Of a DNA stretch of 56,006 nt, positions 17,627 through 25,976 are shown in pieces. The DNA lies in assembly GCA_021413805.1 (NCBI GenBank), contig JAIOPR010000010.1, positions 1-56,006 on the forward strand, read 5' to 3'. How positions within the stretch are numbered: position 1 is the stretch's first letter; each line of letters begins with the position of its first letter. The position numbers and the translations under genes were made by a program. The DNA comes from Planctomycetota bacterium (GTDB taxonomy: Bacteria > Planctomycetota > MHYJ01 > WSZJ01). The notes below the pieces were generated by a model. It was not told where the DNA came from and made no database searches. It worked only from the letters and a program-made list of their open reading frames with translations.

Positions 17627-18607
17627 CTACTTCCCGGTGGCGCCCTTCGCCTCGTCGAGCGCCGCGCCGACTTTCGCCTCGGCCTCGCTCCCTGCGAAGG
17701 CGCTTTTCGCTTTCGTGAGCAGGTCGAGCGTCTTTTTCGCGTCACCCGCCGCTTTCGCGTCGGCGATCGCCTTGTCGGCCGCCTCGTCGATCTCCTTCGC
17801 GATGAGCGCTGCCCGGTTTTTCACGTAAGCGCTCTTCGTCGCCGCGAGCTTCTTCAACATCCCTCCCGCCTTGCCGTACTGCTTGGCCTCGACGAAGCTG
17901 CGTGCGCCCTGGAGAAGCGGCACGGCGTCGGGGGGCACGAGGCCGTCGAGCCATTCGAACTGGTGCTGCCAGGCCTCGGGGGGCGGCGTGTGCGCCCAGT
18001 CGGCGGGCTCTTCGAAGGTGACGTCCATGCCCGCCTTCTTCATGTCCTCGACCGACTTCTTCGACTGGTCGTGGTTGAAATCATTGCCGCCGCTGACGAC
18101 GCGGAAAGGCGTCTGGAGAAGTTTCCGGGCGGTCGCTTCGTCGATCAGGCAACCGCTGACCGGCGCGCCGGCCGTGAAAACGTCGGTGTGGTCGGTGCAG
18201 AGATGGCAGGTCACGAACCCGCCCGCTGAGTGGCCGGAGCAGAAGACGCGGTCGCGGTCCACCGAGTACGTCGCGATGACCTCTTTGACGATCTCAAAGA
18301 CCTGCTTCATGTCGTCCTCGTCGTATCCCGCCGGGACTTTCGCCGCCGGCAGGCAGACGATGTAGCCCTTCTTCGCCATCGTGTAGTGGTTCTCATAGCT
18401 CTCCGGCCGGCCGCCCGATCCGTGGAACATCACGATCATCGGCAGCTTCACGCCCGGCTTCCACGTCCCGGGCACGGAGAGCACGTAGTAGCTCGTGCCG
18501 AATTCGATTTTCTGACGGCCCGGTTTCGCGGGGGTCGGGGTCCGGGGGGCCTGCGCGGCGGCGGGAAGAGCGAACAGAAGGAGGGCGAAGGCAAGGATCG
18601 GACGCAT
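17627..18607 (-). CDS. secreted alpha/beta hydrolase (esterase / PHB-depolymerase-like)
   Basis: The signal peptide is MRPILAFALLLFALPAAAQA. The nucleophile elbow is GHSAGG. MFHGSGG forms an oxyanion-type motif. Confidence 0.8.
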   Translation of the reverse strand: MRPILAFALLLFALPAAAQAPRTPTPAKPGRQKIEFGTSYYVLSVPGTWKPGVKLPMIVMFHGSGGRPESYENHYTMAKKGYIVCLPAAKVPAGYDEDDMKQVFEIVKEVIATYSVDRDRVFCSGHSAGGFVTCHLCTDHTDVFTAGAPVSGCLIDEATARKLLQTPFRVVSGGNDFNHDQSKKSVEDMKKAGMDVTFEEPADWAHTPPPEAWQHQFEWLDGLVPPDAVPLLQGARSFVEAKQYGKAGGMLKKLAATKSAYVKNRAALIAKEIDEAADKAIADAKAAGDAKKTLDLLTKAKSAFAGSEAEAKVGAALDEAKGATGK

Positions 18608-18698
18608 GCGGCCTCCGGGAAATCGCACGCCTGAGGGGGCGGCGGCGGGTCATTCTCCCAGAACGTCCGCCCCGCGCTGGCCTATTCCCGCCGATTCG

Positions 18699-19253
18699 TC
18701 ACTTTCCCGACCGGCTCGTCCGGTTCGCGAGGCCGGCGGGAGCGCAGTCGAACGCGTGGTTGAAGCGCGCCGAAAAATTCTCGAGCGCGACCGCGCCGGC
18801 GAGCTCGACCATGGCGACGTCTCCAAATTTCTCCCGCAGCTCCGCGAACGTCGCGTCGTCCACGTGGGCCGGCGTGTCGGTCATGGCGTCGGAGAACCGC
18901 AGCACCGCGCGCTCGAGCGGCGACAGCGCGGCCGCTTCGGGCCCTTCACGCACCGCCGTGATCTTCTCGTTCGTGACTTTCGCCTCCCGGGCGAAGTACG
19001 TCGTGATGTCCATTCAGAACGGGCAGCCGACGCGCATCGCGACGCGGGCCATCGCGATCGATTTCATCTCCAGGGGCAGCTTGTGCGGTTTCTCGACGGC
19101 CCGGAGCAGCTTCCCGAAAGCCATCATCAGCCGCGGCACCAGCGCGTAGATCCGCGTCGGCTCGAGCACCTGCCCCCAGATGGAGCGCAGCCGCCAGTAC
19201 GCAAGCCGGACAATCAGCGGGCCTTTTCCGTCCCTGACGCCGGGCAGGCGCAT
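18699..19253 (-). CDS. AhpD-like / carboxymuconolactone decarboxylase family protein with in-frame TGA (probable selenocysteine, CPFU motif)
   Basis: Track ORFs 19014-19385 and 18699-19013 are contiguous and in frame, separated only by TGA (19016-19014). Joined, they read ...ARVAMRVGCPF-U-MDITTYFAREAKVTNEKI...PLERAVLRFSDAMTDTP...VELAGAVALENFSARFNHAF, a complete CMD-family domain. ATG 19253 has GGAG upstream. Confidence 0.7.
18972..19002 (-). other. SECIS-like hairpin downstream of the in-frame UGA
   Basis: The mRNA reads UGA-N13-CGUAC-UUCGCC-CGGGA-GGCGAA-A-GU-C-ACG. The upper stem is 6 bp, the apical loop is 5 nt (CGGGA), and the lower stem is 5 bp with bulges. The loop starts 24 nt after the UGA. 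Confidence 0.5.
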
Positions 19254-19366
19254 GGGAGATCTCCGTGGGAGGTGCGGCACAACTCGACACACCGGCCTGA
19301 TCTTAGACTGGCGACGGGGATTCGTGTATTTCGCGAAACGATCGCCGCGGCCCGGGCCGGCGCGGA

Positions 19367-20503
19367 CTACCTGGCCGACGAGCACTGCGCGTAAATCTCT
19401 TCGACTTCGCGGGCCACGAAGGCGCTTTTCCAGGTTTTCGTCCGCGCCGCCCGCTCCAATGCGGGAAGTGCGGCCGGGTCGCCGATTGCGGCGAGTGCTT
19501 TTGCGGCGCCCCAGGAGAGGAACTCGTTGTCGCCTTCGAGGATCTCGATGAGCCCGGGGACAGCCGAGCGGTCGCCGATGCGCCCGATGGCCGCGAGTGC
19601 GAACTCACGGAAACCATCCTCCTCGGAAGTGTCGAGCGCCTTCTCGAACAGCACCGGGACAGCCGCCGCTGCCTTCAGGTCGGAGAGCGCCTGGACGTAT
19701 TCGAAACAATCGCGCTCGGCACGAGTTGCCTCGATGAGCGCGCCGGAAACCGAAGGATCGCCGGGACGGGAGAGGGCCCAGGCCGCACGGGCGCGGACGG
19801 CGGGTGACGGGTCGCGAAGGAGATCCAGAAGGGCCGCGGAAGCGTCGCCGGTGCGCATCAGGCCTAGCGCGTTGACGGCGTTGCGGCGGAGGTCGGCAGA
19901 CGGGGAAGCGAGGAATGAGAAGGCGAGGTCGCGGACGGAGGAGCGAACGGAAGGGGCCTGCTCACCGATCTGCCCGAGAGTCAAGATCGCCAGACCCCGG
20001 ATCGCGTCGGATCGGGAGCTGTCCGAAGCAAGTGCAGTCAGGTCGGCGACCGCCTCGGGATCGCCGAGGAAGCCGAGAAGCTCAAAAGCCACCTGGCGGG
20101 CCGCTTCACCGGCGCCGGGATTCCCGCAGATTTCAAGCAGGATCCGGACGTCCGCGAGCGAATGGTGGGCCTTCAGGGCTTCCGCGAGCCCCTGTATCGA
20201 GGCGCGATCCCCGGCCGTCATGAGGCGAACGAGGTCGCCCGCTGACGGGGTTGAAGTCGCCGTGCGTGATCCGGCGACGGTCGGAGACGCCAGTGCCTCC
20301 ACCTCGCCGTCGCCAACCCGCAACCCCGCTTCCGTGTCTACCGATCCGGCTCGATTGACCGTATCGACCTCGTTCGGGAGCGCAGGGACGCGGCGCGTGA
20401 ACAGGATGAAGGCAATGGCGACGGCGCACCCGGCGGCGATCGCCAGGCCGCACAGGCGGCGAATCAGGGGGGAATCTGGAAGGGCGGTCCTGGGGGTCTT
20501 CAT
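19367..20503 (-). CDS. membrane-anchored HEAT-repeat (PBS-lyase-like) protein
   Basis: ATG 20503 gives a TM anchor LCGLAIAAGCAVAIAFILF. Repeated motifs D..VR..A..ALG..GD..A...L follow. Confidence 0.75.
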   Translation of the reverse strand: MKTPRTALPDSPLIRRLCGLAIAAGCAVAIAFILFTRRVPALPNEVDTVNRAGSVDTEAGLRVGDGEVEALASPTVAGSRTATSTPSAGDLVRLMTAGDRASIQGLAEALKAHHSLADVRILLEICGNPGAGEAARQVAFELLGFLGDPEAVADLTALASDSSRSDAIRGLAILTLGQIGEQAPSVRSSVRDLAFSFLASPSADLRRNAVNALGLMRTGDASAALLDLLRDPSPAVRARAAWALSRPGDPSVSGALIEATRAERDCFEYVQALSDLKAAAAVPVLFEKALDTSEEDGFREFALAAIGRIGDRSAVPGLIEILEGDNEFLSWGAAKALAAIGDPAALPALERAARTKTWKSAFVAREVEEIYAQCSSAR

Positions 20504-20583
20504 CGCGGGCTCCTTGGGTTGTCCTGCCTCGCCAGCCTCTAAAAGAAAGCCGCGGCGTTCCGACGATTTATATCCAATCAACG

Positions 20584-20615
20584 AAAAATCCCCGTCCGCG
20601 GGAGAGCGGACGGGG
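20584..20615 (-). terminator. rho-independent terminator
   Basis: Minus strand: CCCCGTCCGC-6 nt-GCGGACGGGG followed by ATTTTT. It lies 21 nt after the stop of 20636-21229. Confidence 0.7.
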
Positions 20616-20635
20616 AAGGGAACAACTTGAGAGGA

Positions 20636-21229
20636 TCAGCGCGCGGTCATCGCGGCCCGCTGGACTGCCGGGCTGAGCGTCGACCAGGTGTCTCCCGCAA
20701 CGATGTCGAGGCCTGCAGATTCATAAGCCCACTCAAGCAGCCCGTCGTTTCGGAAGCTGATTCCAGGCGATTTGTAACCCACTGTCAGGCTGAGGGTTGT
20801 GTAGCGCTGGGACCGCACGCTGGCCTCGATCAGGATGCCGACTTCGCGGGACTGCCCCTTGTGCGCGGCTCCCAGGTAGGTCGCTGCTCGCTTCCACGCA
20901 ACCAACGTGGATGTCACGAAATGTCCTGCCGCAGGAGGGCCCGAGGCGACCAGGACCGACTGCATGTCCATGACTCCCGCGCTCGACATGACACCGGCGT
21001 GCCCGGAATAACCCACGAAGGGCGAGGAGTCCCCCCCGGTTGCGCGGAACACGGCATCCCCGCTGAGGGGAGTCCCGGATGTTGCCGTGGTGGCGCTGAC
21101 AGCGGGAGGCGCGGCAGCCGGAACACTGAGTGTCCTGGAAGCGGTAAGGACGGGGGCGGAGTGCGCGCCGGTCATTGCGCAGAGGATGGCCGAAGCGACG
21201 GACGAGGCGATCAGGAAGTGCTTAAGCAT
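20636..21229 (-). CDS. secreted hypothetical protein
   Basis: AAGGAGA SD. The signal peptide is MLKHFLIASSVASAILCAMTGAHS. GC is lower than in neighbouring genes. I can defend no catalytic motif. Confidence 0.6.
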   Translation of the reverse strand: MLKHFLIASSVASAILCAMTGAHSAPVLTASRTLSVPAAAPPAVSATTATSGTPLSGDAVFRATGGDSSPFVGYSGHAGVMSSAGVMDMQSVLVASGPPAAGHFVTSTLVAWKRAATYLGAAHKGQSREVGILIEASVRSQRYTTLSLTVGYKSPGISFRNDGLLEWAYESAGLDIVAGDTWSTLSPAVQRAAMTAR

Positions 21230-21389
21230 GGCGAGTCTCCTTGGATGCGGGTTTCAGTGCGTTGTTGTGCAGGAGCACCTGAAGCAATGCCCCGGAATTC
21301 CGACGATCTTTCCGGAATCGAAATCCGCAATTGCAACCGGGCCCGCTGGCCAGCAGAATGTCTGCCAGCCAGGAATCGGAGCGATTTGA

Positions 21390-22121
21390 GTGGCCGCAAA
21401 TACCGGGGACCCGTCTGGCGTCGGATTCCCCCCGACGATGTGGTCGAAAGTGCTCTCCGCCGGCCAGGGATCTTCCACCGCCCTGGACCTCATGGCGCGC
21501 TGGTATCGGCCCGTAGTCCTGAAACTCGTGGGCTGGTACGTCTCCGGCCGCAGAGTCCGGCATGACCCTGAGGACGTGACCCAGGAGTTCTTCCTCCATC
21601 TTATGGGCCGGCAGGGCGAGATCTTCGGAAGCGCCGACCCTTCCCGCGGGCGCTTCCGTGCCTGGCTGCGCGCCTGCCTCCGCAACTGGCTCAACAACTG
21701 GGATGATCGCGTCCGGGCTGCCAAGCGCGGGGGAGGGGTGCACGAGACTTCGCTCGACTGGGAGGACGGGGTCGGGGATTCCGTCGCCGCCCCGGACGAC
21801 CTGGATGCCGAGTTCGACCGGGAATGGGCGAGGGACGTGGTGGCCCGCGCAACCGCCAAGCTTCGCCAGGAAGGGCCGGCCGCCCGCCTCGAACCGCACG
21901 ACCGGGAAGTGTGGGACCTCAAGTTCCGGGACGAGAACCTCTCTGACCGCGCGATCGCCGAGCGGCTCGGTCTGCACGAAAACGACGTCCTGACCTCTCT
22001 CCGGCGCTCGAAACGGCGTTTCCGGGAGCTCCTTCGGGGAGAGGTCCTGCCGACCGTGGCGTCGGAGGCAGAGGTGGAAGAAGAAGTGAGCGAATTGCTG
22101 CGGTGCCTCGGCCGGGAGTGA
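21390..22121 (+). CDS. sigma-70 family (ECF-like) RNA polymerase sigma factor
   Basis: N-terminal PPTMWSKV motif, region-2-like EDVTQEFFLHLM..FRAWLRACLRNW, and C-terminal HTH LSDRAIAERLGLHENDVLTSLRRSKRRFRELL. The start (GTG 21390) is uncertain. Confidence 0.65.
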   Translation: MAANTGDPSGVGFPPTMWSKVLSAGQGSSTALDLMARWYRPVVLKLVGWYVSGRRVRHDPEDVTQEFFLHLMGRQGEIFGSADPSRGRFRAWLRACLRNWLNNWDDRVRAAKRGGGVHETSLDWEDGVGDSVAAPDDLDAEFDREWARDVVARATAKLRQEGPAARLEPHDREVWDLKFRDENLSDRAIAERLGLHENDVLTSLRRSKRRFRELLRGEVLPTVASEAEVEEEVSELLRCLGRE

Positions 22122-22138
22122 CACTCCGGATTTCCCGC

Positions 22139-22167
22139 TTGACAGCCTCTTCCGCGGTCCGTAAGTT
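22139..22167 (+). promoter_or_regulatory. sigma-70-type promoter TTGACA-17-TAAGTT
   Basis: TTGACA lies at 22139-22144 and TAAGTT at 22162-22167. It is positioned about 8 nt upstream of the riboswitch P1 stem. Confidence 0.6.
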
Positions 22168-22174
22168 TGCCCCC

Positions 22175-22332
22175 CTCTTATCCAGACCGGTCGAGGGATG
22201 TGGCCCGATGACACCGGGGCAACCACCCGCAAGGGGAAGGTGCCAATTCCCACCCGCGACGTGGCGGGGGAGATAAGAGGTGAGGCACTGTCGCCAACCC
22301 TCGTCTTCCCCGAAAAGGAACGAGGGTTTTTT
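22175..22332 (+). promoter_or_regulatory. SAM-I (S-box) riboswitch aptamer (22175-22279) plus intrinsic terminator (22298-22332)
   Basis: The aptamer reads CUCUUAUC-CAGAC-CGGUCGAGGGAUGUGGCCCGAUGACACCGGGGCAACC...GGUGCCAAUUCC...GGAGAUAAGAG and matches the S-box consensus almost block for block. CCCUCGU-15 nt-ACGAGGG plus U6 then ends 1 nt before the hom GTG. Confidence 0.9.
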
Positions 22333-22333
22333 C

Positions 22334-23647
22334 GTGGCACAGATCACGCTGGGGCTGATCGGGCTCGGGACGGTGGGGACGGGCGTGGTGCGCCTGCTCC
22401 GCGAGAACGGGGACCTGATCGAGAAGAAGACGGGCATCCGGTTCCGGCTGAAGAAGATCGCGGACCGGGGGATTCACCTGTTCAGGGAATTCCCGCTCGA
22501 CGGGTACGAGCTGGCCGAGAAGGCGGAGGCCGTGCTCGAGGACCCGGAGATCGAAATCGCGATCGAGCTGATCGGCGGGTACGAGCCGGCGCGGACGTAC
22601 CTGCTTCAGGCCATCGAGAGCGGGAAGCACGTCGTCACCGCGAACAAGGCGCTTCTGGCGAAGTTCGGGGGCGAGATTTTCGCCCTGGCCGACAAGGTCG
22701 GGGTTGAGGTCGGGTTCGAGGGAAGTGTCGCGGGGACGGTGCCGATCATCCGCGTGCTGCAGGACGGGCTCGCCGCGAACCGGATCGAGAAGGTGATGGG
22801 GATCGTGAACGGCACGACGAATTTCATCCTGACCCGCATGACGGAGGATGGGATGTCGTACGCGGAGGCGCTGGCCGAAGCGACGCGGCGCGGGTTTGCG
22901 GAAGCGGACCCGACGCTGGATGTGGATGGCGAGGATGCGGCGCACAAGCTGTCGATCCTCGCGACGCTGGCGTTCGGGGTGCGGCCGGAGCGCGGGGACA
23001 TCCACGTCGAGGGGATCCGCGATCTCGGCTCGGAGGACATCGCGTTCGCGAAGGACAACGGCTACGTCATCAAGCTCCTCGCCATCGGCCGCAAGACCAA
23101 CGGCCACGTCGAGCTGCGCGTCCACCCCGCGCTCGTCCCGAAGAACCACCCGCTGGCCTCCGTCCGCGATGAGTTCAACGCCGTCTTCGTCAAGGGCGAC
23201 GCTTCCCGCGAAACCATGTACTACGGCCGCGGCGCCGGCCAGATGCCCACCGCTTCCGCCGTCCTCAGCGACATCATCGAGATCGCCGAGCGCGCTCTCC
23301 ACTCGCCGCGCGGATCGCGGCCTGCCGAATCGCGGATGAGAAAGCGCACGCTCTACTGGAGTTCGGACAAGTTCAAGCCGATCTATGAAGTCCGGACGCG
23401 CTATTACCTCCGGTTCCCGATCGCCGACACACCCGGCGCCATCGGGGCCCTCACGACCATCCTCGGCAAACACGGCGTCTCCATCGCCGCCGTGCGCGCT
23501 TCCATTGTCGATTCCTCAGCGAAAAAGGGGCGGATCGAGATCCTGACGCACGAAGCGGAGGAAATGGCGGTGAAGGTGTCGTGCACGGAGATCGACGCGA
23601 CAGGGATCCTGCGGGATCGGCCGCGGTTGATCCGCGTGGAGGACTAG
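22334..23647 (+). CDS. hom: homoserine dehydrogenase
   Basis: The NAD motif is GLIGLGTVGTGV. Central motifs are GTVPIIRVL and VMGIVNGTTNFILT. A C-terminal ACT domain is present. GTG start at 22334. Confidence 0.9.
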   Translation: MAQITLGLIGLGTVGTGVVRLLRENGDLIEKKTGIRFRLKKIADRGIHLFREFPLDGYELAEKAEAVLEDPEIEIAIELIGGYEPARTYLLQAIESGKHVVTANKALLAKFGGEIFALADKVGVEVGFEGSVAGTVPIIRVLQDGLAANRIEKVMGIVNGTTNFILTRMTEDGMSYAEALAEATRRGFAEADPTLDVDGEDAAHKLSILATLAFGVRPERGDIHVEGIRDLGSEDIAFAKDNGYVIKLLAIGRKTNGHVELRVHPALVPKNHPLASVRDEFNAVFVKGDASRETMYYGRGAGQMPTASAVLSDIIEIAERALHSPRGSRPAESRMRKRTLYWSSDKFKPIYEVRTRYYLRFPIADTPGAIGALTTILGKHGVSIAAVRASIVDSSAKKGRIEILTHEAEEMAVKVSCTEIDATGILRDRPRLIRVED

Positions 23648-23649
23648 CC

Positions 23650-24627
23650 ATGAACACGCTTCCGATGACGAAGACGTTCCAGGTCACCACGGGGGACCTC
23701 GCGACGAACCGCCGGCCCGCGCCGAAAGCGAAAGGGTTGAAGGCGGGCGAAGGGGTCTCGGTGCGGGCGCCGGCGACGACGTCGAATCTCGGGCCCGGGT
23801 TTGATGCGTTCGGGCTGGCGCTGTCGCTCGAGAACGAGGCGGTGTTCGAAGCGGCGGACCGGTGGCATGTGGAGATCAACGGCGAAGGCGCGGGGGCGCT
23901 GCCGACCGACGGGGCCAACCTGATCGCGAAGGCCTGCGCGCTGGGGCTTGAAACCTGGGGGAGCGTGCTGAAGGCGCGGATTTCCTGTGTGAACCGGATT
24001 CCTCTCGGGCGCGGACTGGGGTCGAGCGCGGCGGCGATCGTCACGGGGCTGGCGGGGGCGGCGGCGCTTTCCGGGAAAAACCCGGGGCGCGACGAGATCC
24101 TCGAGCTCGCGCTGAAGCTGGAGCCGCACCCGGACAACCTCGCGGCGTGCCTGTGGGGATCGTTCACGATCGCGGCGCCGCCTCATGTCGTGACGCTGCC
24201 GTGGCCCGAGACGCTGCGCATCGTCGCGGCGATCCCGGACTTCGCCGTCGAGACCGCGAAAGCCCGGGCGCTTCTCCCGAAATCGATCTCCCGTGAGGAC
24301 GCCGTGCACAATATCGCCCGCGCCGCCGTGCTCGCCGCGGCGCTGGCCTCGGAGTCGTTCCTGCCGGCGTGGGCGTTCGACGACAAGCTGCACCAGGACC
24401 ACCGGGCGCCGCTCGTCAAAGCCTGGCCCGCCGCCCGTGACGCGGCCATCGCGGCCGGCGCGCTCGGCGCCGCCATATCGGGTTCCGGTCCCACGCTCGT
24501 CGCCTTCACGAACTCGCACACGAAGGACGTCGGGGCCGCCCTCGCGGCCGAATTCACCAAAGTCGGCGCCAGGGCGCGCGTGCTCGAACTCGGGCCCGCC
24601 GCCGGCGCTTCATGGAGGAAATCATGA
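23650..24627 (+). CDS. thrB: homoserine kinase
   Basis: APATTSNLGPGFDAFGLAL and PLGRGLGSSAAAIV are GHMP kinase motifs. There is a ~30-aa N-terminal extension relative to typical ThrB. Confidence 0.9.
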   Translation: MNTLPMTKTFQVTTGDLATNRRPAPKAKGLKAGEGVSVRAPATTSNLGPGFDAFGLALSLENEAVFEAADRWHVEINGEGAGALPTDGANLIAKACALGLETWGSVLKARISCVNRIPLGRGLGSSAAAIVTGLAGAAALSGKNPGRDEILELALKLEPHPDNLAACLWGSFTIAAPPHVVTLPWPETLRIVAAIPDFAVETAKARALLPKSISREDAVHNIARAAVLAAALASESFLPAWAFDDKLHQDHRAPLVKAWPAARDAAIAAGALGAAISGSGPTLVAFTNSHTKDVGAALAAEFTKVGARARVLELGPAAGASWRKS

Positions 24628-25886
24628 CCACCGCCACCACTCCCAACGCCCGCGCCGCCACCGCCGCGCGCCTCAAGGGCCTCAAGTGCCGCGAGTGCGG
24701 CACGGTCGTCCCGATCGCGCCGGTGTACGTCTGCGAGGAATGCTACGGGCCGCTCGAAGTCATTTACGACTACGACGAGATCCGCCGCCAGTTGACGCGG
24801 GAGAAGATCGAGAAGGGCCCGAGGTCCATCTGGCGGTACATGCCGCTCCTGCCCGTGAGCGAGGACTGCATCGTCACGCTTCATGAGGGCTGCACCCCCC
24901 TCGTCCCCGCGCCGCGGCTGGGCAAGGAGCTCGGCCTCACGAACCTCTGGATCAAGAACGACGCCGTGAACCCGACGTACTCGTTCAAGGACCGCGTCGT
25001 TGCCTGCGCCGTTTCGCGGGCGAAGGAGTTCGGGTTCGACACCGTGTCGTGCGCTTCAACCGGCAACCTCGGCTGCTCGGTCGCGGCGTTCGGCGGAATC
25101 TCGGGGATGCGGCCGATTATCTTCATCCCGGCCGACCTCGAGCCTTCCAAGATCGTCGGCATCAGCAGCTATTCGCCGACGCTCATCGCGGTGGAAGGAA
25201 ACTACGACGAGGTCAACCGCCTGTGCGCGGAGATCAGCGCGACGAAGAACTGGGCGTTCGTGAACATCAACCTGCGACCGTTCTACAGCGAAGGCTCGAA
25301 GACCCTCGGCTACGAGGTCGCCGAGCAGCTCGGCTGGCGCGCCCCCGACCACGTCGTCCTCCCGATCGCCAGTGGCTCGCTGCTCTGCAAGGTCTACAAG
25401 GCGCTCCACGAGCTCGAAACGCTCGGGCTGATCGGCAAAGTGAACACCCGGGTCAGCGGCGCGCAGGCCACCGGGTGCGCCCCGGTTGCCAGTGCATTCC
25501 TCGAAAAGCGCGACGAAATCGTCCCCGTGAGGCCGCAGACGATCGCCAAGTCGCTCGCCATCGGCAACCCCGCCGACGGGACTTACGCGCTCGACATCAT
25601 CCGGAAAACGGGCGGAGGCGCCGCGATGATCACTGACGAGGAAATCGTCGTCGCGATGAAGCTTCTCGCCCGCACCGAGGGGATCTTCACGGAAACCGCC
25701 GGGGGCGTCACCATCGGCACCGTCGCGAAGCTCGCGAAACAGGGCGTCATCGGCCGCGACGAGCTCGTCGTCGCCTACATCACCGGGAACGGCTACAAGA
25801 CGGTTGAAGCGATCATCCCGACGCTGCCGAAGCCCATTGTGATCAAGCCGACGCTGAAGGAAGTCGAGCGCGCGCTCGGCGTTTAA
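24624..25886 (+). CDS. thrC: threonine synthase with N-terminal zinc ribbon
   Basis: ATG 24624 overlaps the thrB stop (ATGA) and follows GGAGGA (24614-24619). An alternative ATG lies at 24612. Motifs: CRECG...CEECYG, the PLP lysine motif NPTYSFKDRVV, and GNLG. Confidence 0.9.
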   Translation: MTTATTPNARAATAARLKGLKCRECGTVVPIAPVYVCEECYGPLEVIYDYDEIRRQLTREKIEKGPRSIWRYMPLLPVSEDCIVTLHEGCTPLVPAPRLGKELGLTNLWIKNDAVNPTYSFKDRVVACAVSRAKEFGFDTVSCASTGNLGCSVAAFGGISGMRPIIFIPADLEPSKIVGISSYSPTLIAVEGNYDEVNRLCAEISATKNWAFVNINLRPFYSEGSKTLGYEVAEQLGWRAPDHVVLPIASGSLLCKVYKALHELETLGLIGKVNTRVSGAQATGCAPVASAFLEKRDEIVPVRPQTIAKSLAIGNPADGTYALDIIRKTGGGAAMITDEEIVVAMKLLARTEGIFTETAGGVTIGTVAKLAKQGVIGRDELVVAYITGNGYKTVEAIIPTLPKPIVIKPTLKEVERALGV

Positions 25887-25893
25887 CAGGGGC

Positions 25894-25940
25894 AAAAAAA
25901 GGACGCCGGGTCGAGGCCAACACAGCCCCGACCCGGCGTC
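25894..25940. terminator. bidirectional terminator hairpin between convergent thrC and the matrixin gene
   Basis: An A7 tract is followed by a GACGCCGGGTCG-15 nt-CGACCCGGCGTC hairpin (12-bp stem), then TGATTATT. Confidence 0.65.
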
Positions 25941-25976
25941 TGATTATTGAGCGACCCCGGTTGCCCGGCACCGCTC

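Noticed and set aside
20636-21229. Possible permuted NlpC/P60 (YiiX-like) fold with the catalytic Cys replaced (GYSGHAGV ... FRNDGLLEWAYESAG)
   Set aside because: The resemblance rests on two short motifs recalled from memory. I cannot support it without a profile or structure search, so the gene is left as a secreted hypothetical.
22230-22262. GGGAAGGUGCCAAUUCCCACCCGC initially looked like a cobalamin-riboswitch core
   Set aside because: The full element fits the SAM-I consensus, including the P1 CUCUUAUC/GAUAAGAG stem and the GAGGGA...GCCCGAUGA...GGCAACC blocks. It lacks the cobalamin B12-box.
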